A stretch of DNA of 58,410 bases from Candidatus Cloacimonadales bacterium. GTDB lineage: Bacteria; Cloacimonadota; Cloacimonadia; Cloacimonadales; JAFGVF01. The DNA lies in contig JBAYZI010000002.1 in NCBI GenBank assembly GCA_041672585.1, forward strand, positions 1 to 58,410. The letters are read 5' to 3'. A program made the position numbers and the translations under genes. How positions within the stretch are numbered: the first letter of the stretch is position 1; each line of letters starts with the position of its first letter. Below the pieces are notes generated by a model. That model was not told where the DNA came from. It saw only the letters and a program-made list of their open reading frames with translations, and searched no databases. Positions 10,442 to 19,792 of this stretch are shown one piece after another.

Positions 10442-11722
10442 TTATGATCTAAAATCTACACCCATAGCTTTAAGTAAACCTTCATAAGATTCTGTTAAGC
10501 TATAGATGGCTGATATATAATTTAATTGTGCTTGATTATAACTAAGTTGTGCACCTTGAACTTCAAGATAAGTTCCCAGTTGATTAGCATATCTTTGTTC
10601 GGCGATATTCAATCCACGAGTTGCTAAAGCACGATTCTTCTTAGCTGTTTCTAAATTTTTATTATCTTTTTCTAAAGTAAGAAAGTAATTTCTAATCTCT
10701 AATTTAATATTATCCTGCAATTGAGAATTCTCTATTTGGGCAGAAGTAAGTTGATGCTTGTATTCACGCACTTTGTTAGTATTTTTAAAACCGGTGAAGA
10801 GAGGCATCTGGAAACCAATTCCGACTGAGAACTTATTGCCAAAATTATCTGCTTCTACTTCATAATCAGAAGTAACAGTGAAGTTGGTAATGCTTCCAGT
10901 TAAAGCAATATCCGGAACGAAGGTCATCTTTTGATTCTTATACTGAATGCCTAAAATGTCAGTTGATAATTGAGTAGCTTTTAATTCTAATCTATTCTCA
11001 ATACCTTGCTTAACTGCTTCTTCCAAGGTAATTACCTGCAATAAAGGTTCGGTTAATTCACCTTCAATATTGCTTACATCAACATCACCACCTAGATGGT
11101 TGCGTAGTGCTTGTAAAGACATTTGGTAATTATTAAGTGCATCTTGCAACTTTGGTTCTAATTCTGAAACCTGCAATTCTGCTCTTAATTTATCATATTC
11201 AGAAACTAAGCCTTGCTCAAACATACTGTTTATTCTTTCATACTGAGCATTAGCAATAACTATTGCTTCTTCATGAATCGCCACAACCTGCTTTGTAAGA
11301 AGGGCTGTTTTGAATAGTCTTCTTGTTTGGAAAATAACATTACGCGTGGTTACACCCAGCATTGTGTCGTTTATCTCATTATAGACCTTGGCTGCTTTCA
11401 AACCATTAAAAACATCACTTGATAACAAAATCTGATTCATAGATAAGACTGTATTAAGTGGCATCTCTTTTTCTGCCATGGCTCCGGGAGGTAAAATATC
11501 AGGAACATCTGTTTTAGTTATTCCATACGAGCCTTGTAAGGTAAATTGAGGGAAAAGGTTTCCCTTAATACTCTTGTAATTCGAGAAACTGCTTGATTTC
11601 TTCTCTTCAGCAATTTTGATCTCTTTGTTTTTGTCCAAGGCTATTGTTTCAGCCTCATCTAAAGTTATCCCTGATACGAAATAGGGAATCATTAGCATTA
11701 TGAATAATATGCTAAACCTCAT
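10442..11722 (-). CDS. TolC-family outer membrane efflux factor
   Basis: 426 aa with a signal peptide and two internally repeated coiled-coil/beta halves. It sits in the efflux operon. Confidence 0.8.
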   Translation of the reverse strand: MRFSILFIMLMIPYFVSGITLDEAETIALDKNKEIKIAEEKKSSSFSNYKSIKGNLFPQFTLQGSYGITKTDVPDILPPGAMAEKEMPLNTVLSMNQILLSSDVFNGLKAAKVYNEINDTMLGVTTRNVIFQTRRLFKTALLTKQVVAIHEEAIVIANAQYERINSMFEQGLVSEYDKLRAELQVSELEPKLQDALNNYQMSLQALRNHLGGDVDVSNIEGELTEPLLQVITLEEAVKQGIENRLELKATQLSTDILGIQYKNQKMTFVPDIALTGSITNFTVTSDYEVEADNFGNKFSVGIGFQMPLFTGFKNTNKVREYKHQLTSAQIENSQLQDNIKLEIRNYFLTLEKDNKNLETAKKNRALATRGLNIAEQRYANQLGTYLEVQGAQLSYNQAQLNYISAIYSLTESYEGLLKAMGVDFRS

Positions 11723-12330
11723 AAGTTCTCCTTTTGTAAATCAATTCTAAATATATAATCAAAATATTTTTCTCCGACACTGCATAGATCGAAGTTTTTC
11801 TCTTCTATTAACCATTTAATTACTAAACTGGTAAAAACTGCCTTATACAATTCTAAATAGCTTTCTATTGAAAGTAAATCTGAAATCTCTCTCGCATCAA
11901 TTGCTTCTTGAAATATCTTATTTATTTCAAACTCATCCTTAATATTATTGATGATTTCCTGTAAATCAGACATTCGTTCACGCCTAAGTTCTTTTAAAAA
12001 GAGAAGTAAGGCTTCTTGATAGGTTACATTGTTCTGCATGAGGTGAAGTAGGTTCTTATTAAACTTCCTAATCCGGGTAAGCGGAGACTCTGCATCACTT
12101 GCCAATATTTGAGCTTGCCCTGATATTTCTCTGGCTAAGAATTTAATCAACTCTTGATAGAGATCATGCTTATCTTTAAAGTGCCAATAAAGTGCACCCT
12201 TCGTCACATTAGCATTACCCGAAATCTCTGAAATATACGATGAATCATAGCCTTTCTCAGAAAAAACTGCTAATGCTGAATACAATATAGCATGCTTTGT
12301 ATCTTTTGCTTTGCTCTTATCAATATTCAT
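11719..12330 (-). CDS. TetR/AcrR family transcriptional regulator
   Basis: It has an N-terminal HTH (ISEISGNANVTKGALYWHFKDKHDLY). There is a 4-nt overlap with the TolC-like gene, and it is the first gene of the efflux operon. Confidence 0.85.
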   Translation of the reverse strand: MNIDKSKAKDTKHAILYSALAVFSEKGYDSSYISEISGNANVTKGALYWHFKDKHDLYQELIKFLAREISGQAQILASDAESPLTRIRKFNKNLLHLMQNNVTYQEALLLFLKELRRERMSDLQEIINNIKDEFEINKIFQEAIDAREISDLLSIESYLELYKAVFTSLVIKWLIEEKNFDLCSVGEKYFDYIFRIDLQKENL

Positions 12331-12733
12331 TTTCGCTTCCTTTTATTATTAATTATCAATAACATACTAAACGGTATGGATAGGCTTTTATGTCAAGTTA
12401 AATCTTCATTCGGTGAAAGATTTATTTTAGAGGGAGAGCTAAGTTGTTGTGAAGTAATACCGATAAATCAGCAATGAAAGGCAAAGATTGCTAATAAATA
12501 GGCAGGCTTGTGGCTGAGCAAAGAGTGGTTTTAGGGGGACCAGCTTGGGGGATCCGTTGTAAATACGAAAATGGTTTGGAGTAGGAGTTAGCGTTGCCCT
12601 TGGGAGAGGATTAGGGGAAGAGTAGGACACTTTCTGTTGGCTTGGGACCTCTCAAAATAGAATAAAGAAACCTGTTCTTTAATTTCGTGAGTTGCTTGAA
12701 ATTTTAATTAAAAGTCAATTGTAAATATAAATG

Positions 12734-15481
12734 TTAATTAACATTTCTAATGGCATATAAATCTCTTAATGACTGTTCAATAGAACTATATGAAGATTCA
12801 CTTATTTGGAAGGCCTTAATTATGGTCTTTTCAAAATGTAGCCTGTCAGGTGATGAAAGTTCTTCAAGTAAAGGTTTTCTATTTCTCTTAAGTAAAGGTG
12901 TAAATGATTTTAAAATATCTTTTTTTACTTTATCTGATAACAGATTTGGGTTTAAAATCTTAAAGTTATCTTTTATCTTATTTGAGTTTAAGTCTAATGC
13001 CCCTAACCCTCTGCCAAAGCCGGAACTTTCAATGAAGAACATACTAATTGTTGAGTTAAGTAAGGCTAATAACAGTAACTTATCCTTATCAGATGCATTA
13101 GATTTTAGAGAAAAGCCAATCATTCTTTGGTCGATTATTGCTTTTTCAGGTAAGTAGGCTATGAAAAGGCTATCAGCAAAGTTAATATTACAAACATAAT
13201 CTGCTGAATTACTAGGACTCATTTGGTACCAGTCTAAGCTGGAACTCTTCAAAACATCTCGGAGAAGTTCTCCGCTTCCATTGGTTGAATTATAAAATTT
13301 ATCAATCCAGGCGAGGGTGTGAATGAAGTTTCTGTTTTTTAGTTTCTCAATTGGTAAAGTGCAGCAAAATGCTATTTTATTAGGAATGCAAAGTAAGTTT
13401 TTTGTGTTTCTAAGGTTTTTTACTAAAGGCATTAAGTTTTCTGCTTCAATATTTGAGTTATCGTGAGGATAAAATAGTTCATTCCAACCTCTTCTTTCTC
13501 CCCTAAAAATACTAAACAGTTCATTAGCTTTTATCAATTTTGAGCTTAGTTCTTGATGCCAATCTAAATCAACAAAGAAGCTTGACCATGAAAATCCACA
13601 CTTTTCTAACTCTTTAATAGATGAAATATTTCTATTGATTATTTTCACTTCTCTGCAAGATTGGTTCAATAAGATCTTTTCAGATATCTGTTTTATATCA
13701 TCACAATCATTAATAGGGGTCATTAAAGCGCAAAAGCTTATGTTTTCAGTTTCAGGGCTAATTGCTACCGTCTCTTTTTTTGTTGCTACTATTATACTAG
13801 TAACAACATCAGCATTATAAAACCACCTACCATTTCCAGAAATAAATACAGAATCTAGTGTGTAGAATTGTTGCAAGAGTTCAACAAACTCTTTTCCATA
13901 TTCGGTACCTAGCCAAGCATTAGACAAGATTAATCCAATTCTTCCATTTTTAGATAAAAGTTTATGCAAAATAAAGGGAATATAAACAAAAAAATCAGAT
14001 CTTTTATTGAAAATAAACTCTTTTTTTAAAGTCTCAGAAATGTATTCTTCAGTTTTTATTATGTTGTGTTTATAGCTCCTCAAATTGCTACTATCAATAA
14101 AAGGCAAATTTGAGATAATATAATCAATTTTAGGTAATGATTTGGCAATAATATTTCCATTATATGGATTTCTAAAATCAATAGAATTATTTGTCTCAAG
14201 ATCAAAAACATCGCAAGTGTGAATGTTTAAAACATGTCCATAGTGGTCTAGATTAGTCAAAGATAATGTACTTAATTGAATGGGGAAGGAGTGCTTGTCA
14301 GAAGCCCAAGAGCTTTCAATTATCTTACTTTCACTAATATCATATTCTCTTTTAATATTCATAACTTCTTTAACAATAGTTCCGGTTCCACAACATGGGT
14401 CCATCGCGATTAAGTTTTTATCAGTCATTGTAACCCTAATTAATAACTCGGCAAGTTTGTTGGGAGTAGTAAATTGACCTAAAACTTTTCTTTTACTGAC
14501 CTGAATTGAATCTTCTAACAGTGATTTAATTACCTTTGAATCAATACTTTTTACATTAATTGAACTTAGAAAAGAATTCAATTGTTTTAATTTACACCAT
14601 GACTCTTCATCAATCAGTAATTGAGCAAAATGAGGTTTAAAGATATTCCAAAAGTTACAATTATTAGAGATGTCTATCACTATTTGTAGTGCTTCATTAA
14701 TGCTTGTCCCTTCATTAATAGTCTCAATCTTTAAGGCATCATTATGATATCTTTTAATCATATTAGCAAAGATTATCTTAATCACCCAGTCTGTCAGAAT
14801 AATCTTACTTAATGAGTTAAGTTTATCTTCAAAATTATCGAATTTAAAGCCATATTCAGTAGCAGTGTTTCTCCACCAAGCATTAATTTCAGCTTCTAAA
14901 ACATTGTTCTTTTTAATGTTTTGCTTGAGGATTAGTTTAGTCTCAAAAGCATTGTTTAATACGATATCAAATACCTGATCAATAGAGAAAAAACTGTCGT
15001 TTTGTTTACTGTCAATGTTTGCTAAAAAGTAGTTATTTAGATATTCAATAATCTCGTGTAATAGTTTTTTCCAAAGATCTCCTTTAGTCTGCACATCATT
15101 TCTTGATTTTATTCCACTTAATTCCCATGTTTTAACAACTTTGAAATCATCATTTTCTTTGACATAAAGTTTAGAAATTGTAACGTTCCAAAGAAGAAAA
15201 CTGTTCTTTCCTAAGATAGTAGCTTTTAGCTTTGCATTATGAATGAATTCTTTGTCGTCGATTGAAGTGTCAGGCATTTTCAGTTCCCAGCCATGGAGAA
15301 TGCAACTTTTATTTTTATCTTTAAATAGTAACAAGTCTGGAAATAGTGTCCTTTTATCAAAACTAAGTGAGTTTTCTCCTCCTGCAGCAGAAATAGTCCA
15401 AGATTTATTACTCAAAAACCTGTTTACTTCACTAATTACATCAATTGCCCAACTTCTTTCGTTTATATTTAATTTACTCAA
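12734..15481 (-). CDS. Type IIG (Eco57I/MmeI-like) fused restriction endonuclease / N6-adenine DNA methyltransferase
   Basis: 915 aa. An N-terminal PD-(D/E)xK candidate is present (FPD49 ... E66-L-K68, nt 15278-15337). Gamma-class methyltransferase motifs occur in the order X (GQFTTP, aa 335-340), I (DPCCGTGT, aa 361-368) and IV (NLPF, aa 458-461). A ~450-aa C-terminal region could serve as the target recognition domain. Confidence 0.75.
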   Translation of the reverse strand: MSKLNINERSWAIDVISEVNRFLSNKSWTISAAGGENSLSFDKRTLFPDLLLFKDKNKSCILHGWELKMPDTSIDDKEFIHNAKLKATILGKNSFLLWNVTISKLYVKENDDFKVVKTWELSGIKSRNDVQTKGDLWKKLLHEIIEYLNNYFLANIDSKQNDSFFSIDQVFDIVLNNAFETKLILKQNIKKNNVLEAEINAWWRNTATEYGFKFDNFEDKLNSLSKIILTDWVIKIIFANMIKRYHNDALKIETINEGTSINEALQIVIDISNNCNFWNIFKPHFAQLLIDEESWCKLKQLNSFLSSINVKSIDSKVIKSLLEDSIQVSKRKVLGQFTTPNKLAELLIRVTMTDKNLIAMDPCCGTGTIVKEVMNIKREYDISESKIIESSWASDKHSFPIQLSTLSLTNLDHYGHVLNIHTCDVFDLETNNSIDFRNPYNGNIIAKSLPKIDYIISNLPFIDSSNLRSYKHNIIKTEEYISETLKKEFIFNKRSDFFVYIPFILHKLLSKNGRIGLILSNAWLGTEYGKEFVELLQQFYTLDSVFISGNGRWFYNADVVTSIIVATKKETVAISPETENISFCALMTPINDCDDIKQISEKILLNQSCREVKIINRNISSIKELEKCGFSWSSFFVDLDWHQELSSKLIKANELFSIFRGERRGWNELFYPHDNSNIEAENLMPLVKNLRNTKNLLCIPNKIAFCCTLPIEKLKNRNFIHTLAWIDKFYNSTNGSGELLRDVLKSSSLDWYQMSPSNSADYVCNINFADSLFIAYLPEKAIIDQRMIGFSLKSNASDKDKLLLLALLNSTISMFFIESSGFGRGLGALDLNSNKIKDNFKILNPNLLSDKVKKDILKSFTPLLKRNRKPLLEELSSPDRLHFEKTIIKAFQISESSYSSIEQSLRDLYAIRNVN

Positions 15482-15483
15482 AA

Positions 15484-16383
15484 CTAATCCTCAATGTTCT
15501 TTCTAATGACATGATATTTTGATATTGGTTCAGAAAAGAAGTTGATGTTCATCTGTTCATATTCTTTGTTTCGTAATGTTTCATCAATTCTATCAGTACA
15601 AACTTTAATGTAATCAGTTTTTTTAATTTTATGCAGTAATACATCTTCATTTTTTTCAATTCCAATAAAGTTTCTTCCTTCAATCATGGCTGATATTAAA
15701 AAGCTTCCACTGCCACAAGCGTTATCCAACACAATATCTCCCGGTTTTGTGAATGTTCTGACCAGGTATCTTCCTAATTCAACCGGTTTTTGGGTTGGAT
15801 GATAAACTTTACCTTCAGCTTCTGCAGTTTTGCAATATATATAATCATCAAGCAAGCATTCATCAAATATATTAATAACATCTATAGGATAGCGTTCACC
15901 GTTACTCTTTACATGTCTTGGTTTAAAGTCCCCATAGCTCCCGGTATATTGATCTTTTCTAACCCCTTTGTCGTAAGCAGTAGAATATTCCATTTGAGGG
16001 TTGTAAGTTGGCTGTTTCTTATAAAAAATGCAAATGTCCTCATGCTTTCTTAAAGGTTGAATTTTAGCATTTAAGAAATTTGTAGCTTTTGATTTTATCC
16101 ACACAATTTTATATTTAAAATCTTTTTCATTACTTAATATTAATTTAGCAGTAAAAAGACCTTGAGCCGTTAATACTATAGCTCCATTATTTTTTACTAT
16201 TCTATTATATTGAGACCATAACTCCTGTAAATTAATTACTGAATCCCACTTATTCTGTGTTGTTCCATAAGGTAAATCACATAGAACCATATCTATACTA
16301 TTGTCTGGTAATAATTTCATCACCTCTAAACAATCACCTTGAATCACTTTATTATTGAATTTATTAATATCAGAAATTTTCAT
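15484..16383 (-). CDS. Stand-alone beta-class DNA methyltransferase (N6-A or N4-C), companion of the Type IIG enzyme
   Basis: 299 aa. Motif IV (DLPY, aa 36-39) precedes motif I (VLDNACGSGSF), which is the beta-class order. Its stop lies 2 nt before the start of the 915-aa gene. Confidence 0.85.
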   Translation of the reverse strand: MKISDINKFNNKVIQGDCLEVMKLLPDNSIDMVLCDLPYGTTQNKWDSVINLQELWSQYNRIVKNNGAIVLTAQGLFTAKLILSNEKDFKYKIVWIKSKATNFLNAKIQPLRKHEDICIFYKKQPTYNPQMEYSTAYDKGVRKDQYTGSYGDFKPRHVKSNGERYPIDVINIFDECLLDDYIYCKTAEAEGKVYHPTQKPVELGRYLVRTFTKPGDIVLDNACGSGSFLISAMIEGRNFIGIEKNEDVLLHKIKKTDYIKVCTDRIDETLRNKEYEQMNINFFSEPISKYHVIRKNIED

Positions 16384-16405
16384 TGATGGTCCTTTCTTTT
16401 TGTTT

Positions 16406-16436
16406 ATTATATGGATATCAGGGTGAATTTTGTCAA
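16406..16436 (-). promoter_or_regulatory. Candidate sigma70-type promoter of the methylase / Type IIG operon
   Basis: On the minus strand, TTGACA (16436-16431) is followed by a 19-nt spacer and TATAAT (16411-16406), about 20 nt upstream of the methylase ATG. The spacer is longer than optimal. Confidence 0.35.
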
Positions 16437-16450
16437 GATGAATGTTTAAA

Positions 16451-16471
16451 TAATTAGCAATTAGTAATTAG
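16451..16471. repeat. The same heptanucleotide repeat, x3
   Basis: taattag caattag taattag is followed by cagaag, as at 6078. It lies just upstream of the -35 of the methylase promoter candidate. Confidence 0.8.
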
Positions 16472-16655
16472 CAGAAGACCTCAGCCCGTCATTTTTCGAA
16501 CGCAATCCCAGTGAAGAGGGTGATCCCCCCTACAAAATCTGTTTTAATCTGTCTCATCAGCGTCATCTGTGTTCTATCTTTCTTCAATTATAAAAATCCC
16601 CTTGACAAAATATTAAAGAGCAAACAATCTTACAAAAAAGAATAATTTAGGAGAA

Positions 16656-17507
16656 ATGATGAATTTCCAAGATATAATATTAACTTTACAGAGCTATTGG
16701 GCTAAGCAGGGCTGCAACATAGTGCAACCTTACGATGTAGAGATGGGAGCAGGGACTTTCCACCCCGAGACCTTCTTTGGTTCACTTGGTAGCAAAGAGA
16801 CAAGGGTGGCTTATGCTCAACCGTGTCGTCGTCCTAAAGATGGACGCTACGGTGAAAACCCCAACAGGCTTCAGCACTATTATCAATTTCAGGTAATCAT
16901 AAAGCCTTCACCGGAGAATATCCAGAAGCTATATTTGATGAGTTTGCAGGCAATTGGTGTGGAGATTGAAAAGCATGATATCAGATTTGTGGAAGATGAT
17001 TGGGAATCACCAACTTTAGGTGCGTGGGGACTTGGCTGGGAAGTGTGGTTAGATGGTATGGAAATCAGTCAATTCACTTATTTTCAACAGGTTGGCGGTT
17101 TAGATGTCTTTCCTATAAGCGTGGAGCTTACCTATGGTTTGGAGCGATTAGCCATGTATATTCAAGGTGTGGAAGATTATCGTGAACTAAAATGGAATGA
17201 CACAACTACCTATGGCGATTTGTTTTATCGTAGAGAATTTGAGTATTCCAACTTTAACTTCAATGCTGCCAATGTCGAAACTCTGTTCAAGAGCTTTACT
17301 GAATATGAAGCAGAATGTCATAGATTAGTAGGAAAAGAGTTAGTTTTCCCTGCTTATGATTTCCTCTTGAAGTGTTCTCATAGCTTTAATTTATTAGATG
17401 CTCGCGGAGTAATCTCGGTTACAGAACGCGCCAATTATATCGGTAAAATAAGAAGAATGGCGAAAGCTTGTGCTGAACAATATCTAAAGTTAAGTGAGGA
17501 TAAATAA
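16656..17507 (+). CDS. glyQ: Glycine--tRNA ligase alpha subunit
   Basis: 283 aa with highly conserved GlyQ blocks ([52 protein letters not shown]). Confidence 0.95.
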   Translation: MMNFQDIILTLQSYWAKQGCNIVQPYDVEMGAGTFHPETFFGSLGSKETRVAYAQPCRRPKDGRYGENPNRLQHYYQFQVIIKPSPENIQKLYLMSLQAIGVEIEKHDIRFVEDDWESPTLGAWGLGWEVWLDGMEISQFTYFQQVGGLDVFPISVELTYGLERLAMYIQGVEDYRELKWNDTTTYGDLFYRREFEYSNFNFNAANVETLFKSFTEYEAECHRLVGKELVFPAYDFLLKCSHSFNLLDARGVISVTERANYIGKIRRMAKACAEQYLKLSEDK

Positions 17508-17508
17508 T

Positions 17509-18351
17509 ATGTTTGATGCATTTTTTCAATTCACCTTTGCCACCCCTTTGATGCTTACAGCTATTCATGCCGGACACGATATCAGAGAAGAACTAGTTGA
17601 TAATTTATTCATCAGTGAAGAAGATATGATGAGAGAAGAAGACACTTTTACAGAGTATATAACTGATGGGTTTACCGATAAAATCATTGTAGAAACTTCT
17701 CGTTTTGAGGTTGAACTAAATCGTCCCAGAGAACGCGCAATCTATAAAACCCCGGAAGATTGTTGGGGACTTAAAGTATGGAAGAAGCCACTAACAAAAA
17801 AGGAAATTAATGAGTCATTACAAAAGTATGATGAGTTTTATAGAAGACTAAAACTGATTGTTCAAGAGATGATTGATACTTTTGGGTATGCTATTGTGTT
17901 GGATATTCACTCTTATAATCATAATCGTTTGGGAGATGGTCAACCTTTTGATAGTGTTGAAGAGAATCCGCAGATTATCTTGGGAACCAGTAATATGCCT
18001 CGCAAGTATTTCAAGGCAGTTGAGTTAATTCAAGAGTTATTTAAACAGAATATGTATCAAGGTGCTCCTTTAGATTGTAGGATAGATGTTAAATATCCCG
18101 GCGGGACATTACCCAGGTTTCTTCATGAAACTTTTCCAGATAAGGTGTTTTGCTTAGCCATAGAGTTTAAAAAGAGCTTCATGAATGAATGGACAGGGGA
18201 GTTGTATGAAGATAAGTTTGAAGAGTTGATTGAAGCTTTTCGTAAAGTAGCTCCTGTGGTAGATTTAATAGTAGATCCTCTCATGCAAATAGTTAATAAA
18301 GAGATTTCCGGTAAAGCTCTGCTATCCAAAAGTAAGCCTAATAAAAAATGA
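17509..18351 (+). CDS. N-formylglutamate amidohydrolase (FGase) family protein
   Basis: About 280 aa. The AIHAGH, VLDIHSYNH and GTLPRF blocks resemble the FGase family. The ATG at 17509 is preferred because GAGGA lies 8 nt upstream; the ORF track start at 17494 is a GTG inside glyQ. Confidence 0.55.
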   Translation: MFDAFFQFTFATPLMLTAIHAGHDIREELVDNLFISEEDMMREEDTFTEYITDGFTDKIIVETSRFEVELNRPRERAIYKTPEDCWGLKVWKKPLTKKEINESLQKYDEFYRRLKLIVQEMIDTFGYAIVLDIHSYNHNRLGDGQPFDSVEENPQIILGTSNMPRKYFKAVELIQELFKQNMYQGAPLDCRIDVKYPGGTLPRFLHETFPDKVFCLAIEFKKSFMNEWTGELYEDKFEELIEAFRKVAPVVDLIVDPLMQIVNKEISGKALLSKSKPNKK

Positions 18352-18416
18352 TGCTCCATGTTTATTAAAAAAAGAGATGTTGAGTTTGTCAGCAATCTGT
18401 AAGTATATATTCCTGA

Positions 18417-19016
18417 CTACTGGTGGGGAGGTAATTTAAGATTTTTCCAATAAGTAGCTAAGGGTTTTATAATCTGAGCAGGTACTAAATCAGCAATAGA
18501 TTCATCTTTATCTAATAAGTTTCTAATCTCGGTGGAAGAAATATCATAGGGTTCTATTTCAATAACATTAAAACGGCTATCAATCTGCTTGCTCTGATCA
18601 GATAAATCACTACTTCGCGAGACAACAGTAAAGTTCACATTGTTTAATAACCATTCAGGTTCATACCATTTTGAGAAGTTAAGAGCATTATCATAACCAA
18701 TAAGAAAGGTAAATTGTTCTAATAAGTAGTATTTGCTTAAGCGTTGGATTAAATCATAAGTGTAGTTGATACCATGCTCAGGGGAATCAAAATTACTGAC
18801 GGAGAAGTTGGTATTATGCTTGATTGCCAAGGCTATTAATTCATATCTTGCTTGGTAGGAGAGGAGTTTAGTTGTTGTTTTTAACGGATGATTACCATTA
18901 GGCATAAAGACGACTTTCTCAGCAATATTGCGGGCTATAATCTCTTCTGCTATATAAAGATGTCCATTATGGATGGGGTTAAATGCCCCACCCAAAATAG
19001 CAAAGTCGTACATCAT
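18417..19016 (-). CDS. nadD: Nicotinate-nucleotide adenylyltransferase
   Basis: 199 aa with the N-terminal GGAFNPIHNGH nucleotidyltransferase signature and a C-terminal ISSTEIR motif. Confidence 0.9.
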   Translation of the reverse strand: MMYDFAILGGAFNPIHNGHLYIAEEIIARNIAEKVVFMPNGNHPLKTTTKLLSYQARYELIALAIKHNTNFSVSNFDSPEHGINYTYDLIQRLSKYYLLEQFTFLIGYDNALNFSKWYEPEWLLNNVNFTVVSRSSDLSDQSKQIDSRFNVIEIEPYDISSTEIRNLLDKDESIADLVPAQIIKPLATYWKNLKLPPHQ

Positions 19017-19735
19017 TTCAGCTTCTTGCTTATCTTTTTAGTTAGTTTGGCATCCGGATAAGAGAGTTGCATATATTGCTTAAAGGAGTCGGTTCTCTCA
19101 AAATTCTTCTGTTCATAGAAAATAATAGCACAGTAGTAAGCACTTTTCAGATCTATTTCGCTTTTAGTACCTTCAGCTAGGACTTCATCAAAATAGAGCA
19201 GAGCAGCCGGGTAATCTGAAAGCATGAAATAGGTGTAACCGTTTAAATAGGTCTTCTCTAAAAGCTTTTCTTCTGCTTTTTTTATAATCGCATTAGCTTC
19301 AAGTCGATACTGACCTGTAGGATATCTGACTAAATACTCTTCCATAGCACTGATTGCTGCTTCTGTTTCATCTTGAGTATAACCGGCAGGTTCTGAAGTC
19401 TTCCAGAAACACTCCCCGATTCTGAAATAGGCTATTTCCAAATCTTTTAGACTGGATGAGTAGCGCATTAAGAATTGATATTCCAGACGGGCATTTTCAT
19501 ATTGTCCCATTAAATAATAACTTTCAGCAAGCTTGGCTTGGGCATCAGATGTGATACCGGAAGTTTTGTAGCTTACTATAGATTCATAAATAGGTATAGC
19601 GCGTTTATACTTACCTTTGTCGAAGTAGTTGTTGGCTATCTTATACCTTTCAGTGTCAGGTAATTTCTCGTATAGATTGTTGCTACAACCTATTAAGGCT
19701 AGTAGGGTTACAAGTAATAAAACTAATTTTTTCAT
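19013..19735 (-). CDS. TPR lipoprotein, BamD/YfiO-like outer membrane assembly factor
   Basis: 240 aa with a lipobox (LALIGCSN) and TPR-like repeats throughout. There is a 4-nt overlap with nadD. Confidence 0.55.
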   Translation of the reverse strand: MKKLVLLLVTLLALIGCSNNLYEKLPDTERYKIANNYFDKGKYKRAIPIYESIVSYKTSGITSDAQAKLAESYYLMGQYENARLEYQFLMRYSSSLKDLEIAYFRIGECFWKTSEPAGYTQDETEAAISAMEEYLVRYPTGQYRLEANAIIKKAEEKLLEKTYLNGYTYFMLSDYPAALLYFDEVLAEGTKSEIDLKSAYYCAIIFYEQKNFERTDSFKQYMQLSYPDAKLTKKISKKLK

Positions 19736-19792
19736 TTAATCCTCTGTTATATTCATCGGTTATTTATTATTCTTTTTCTTCTTCTTTTCTGT

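Noticed and set aside
12346-12362. An imperfect 17-bp palindrome, ttattaattatcaataa, upstream of the efflux TetR gene, as a possible TetR operator.
   Set aside because: Only 14 of 17 positions are symmetric, and the sequence is pure A/T in an AT-rich promoter region. This cannot be distinguished from chance without binding data or conservation.
12734-16383. The R-M island as part of a larger defence island (BREX, DISARM, Abi or toxin-antitoxin neighbours) or a mobile element.
   Set aside because: The flanking genes are an efflux operon and glyQ. No integrase, transposase, helicase, phosphatase or additional defence-type gene is adjacent.
16384-16655. A T-box leader upstream of glyQ, since glycyl-tRNA synthetase genes are T-box regulated in Firmicutes.
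   Set aside because: I could not find a T-box consensus (..ggtggtaccgcg..) or a specifier/antiterminator architecture. The region is instead occupied by the dispersed repeat words.
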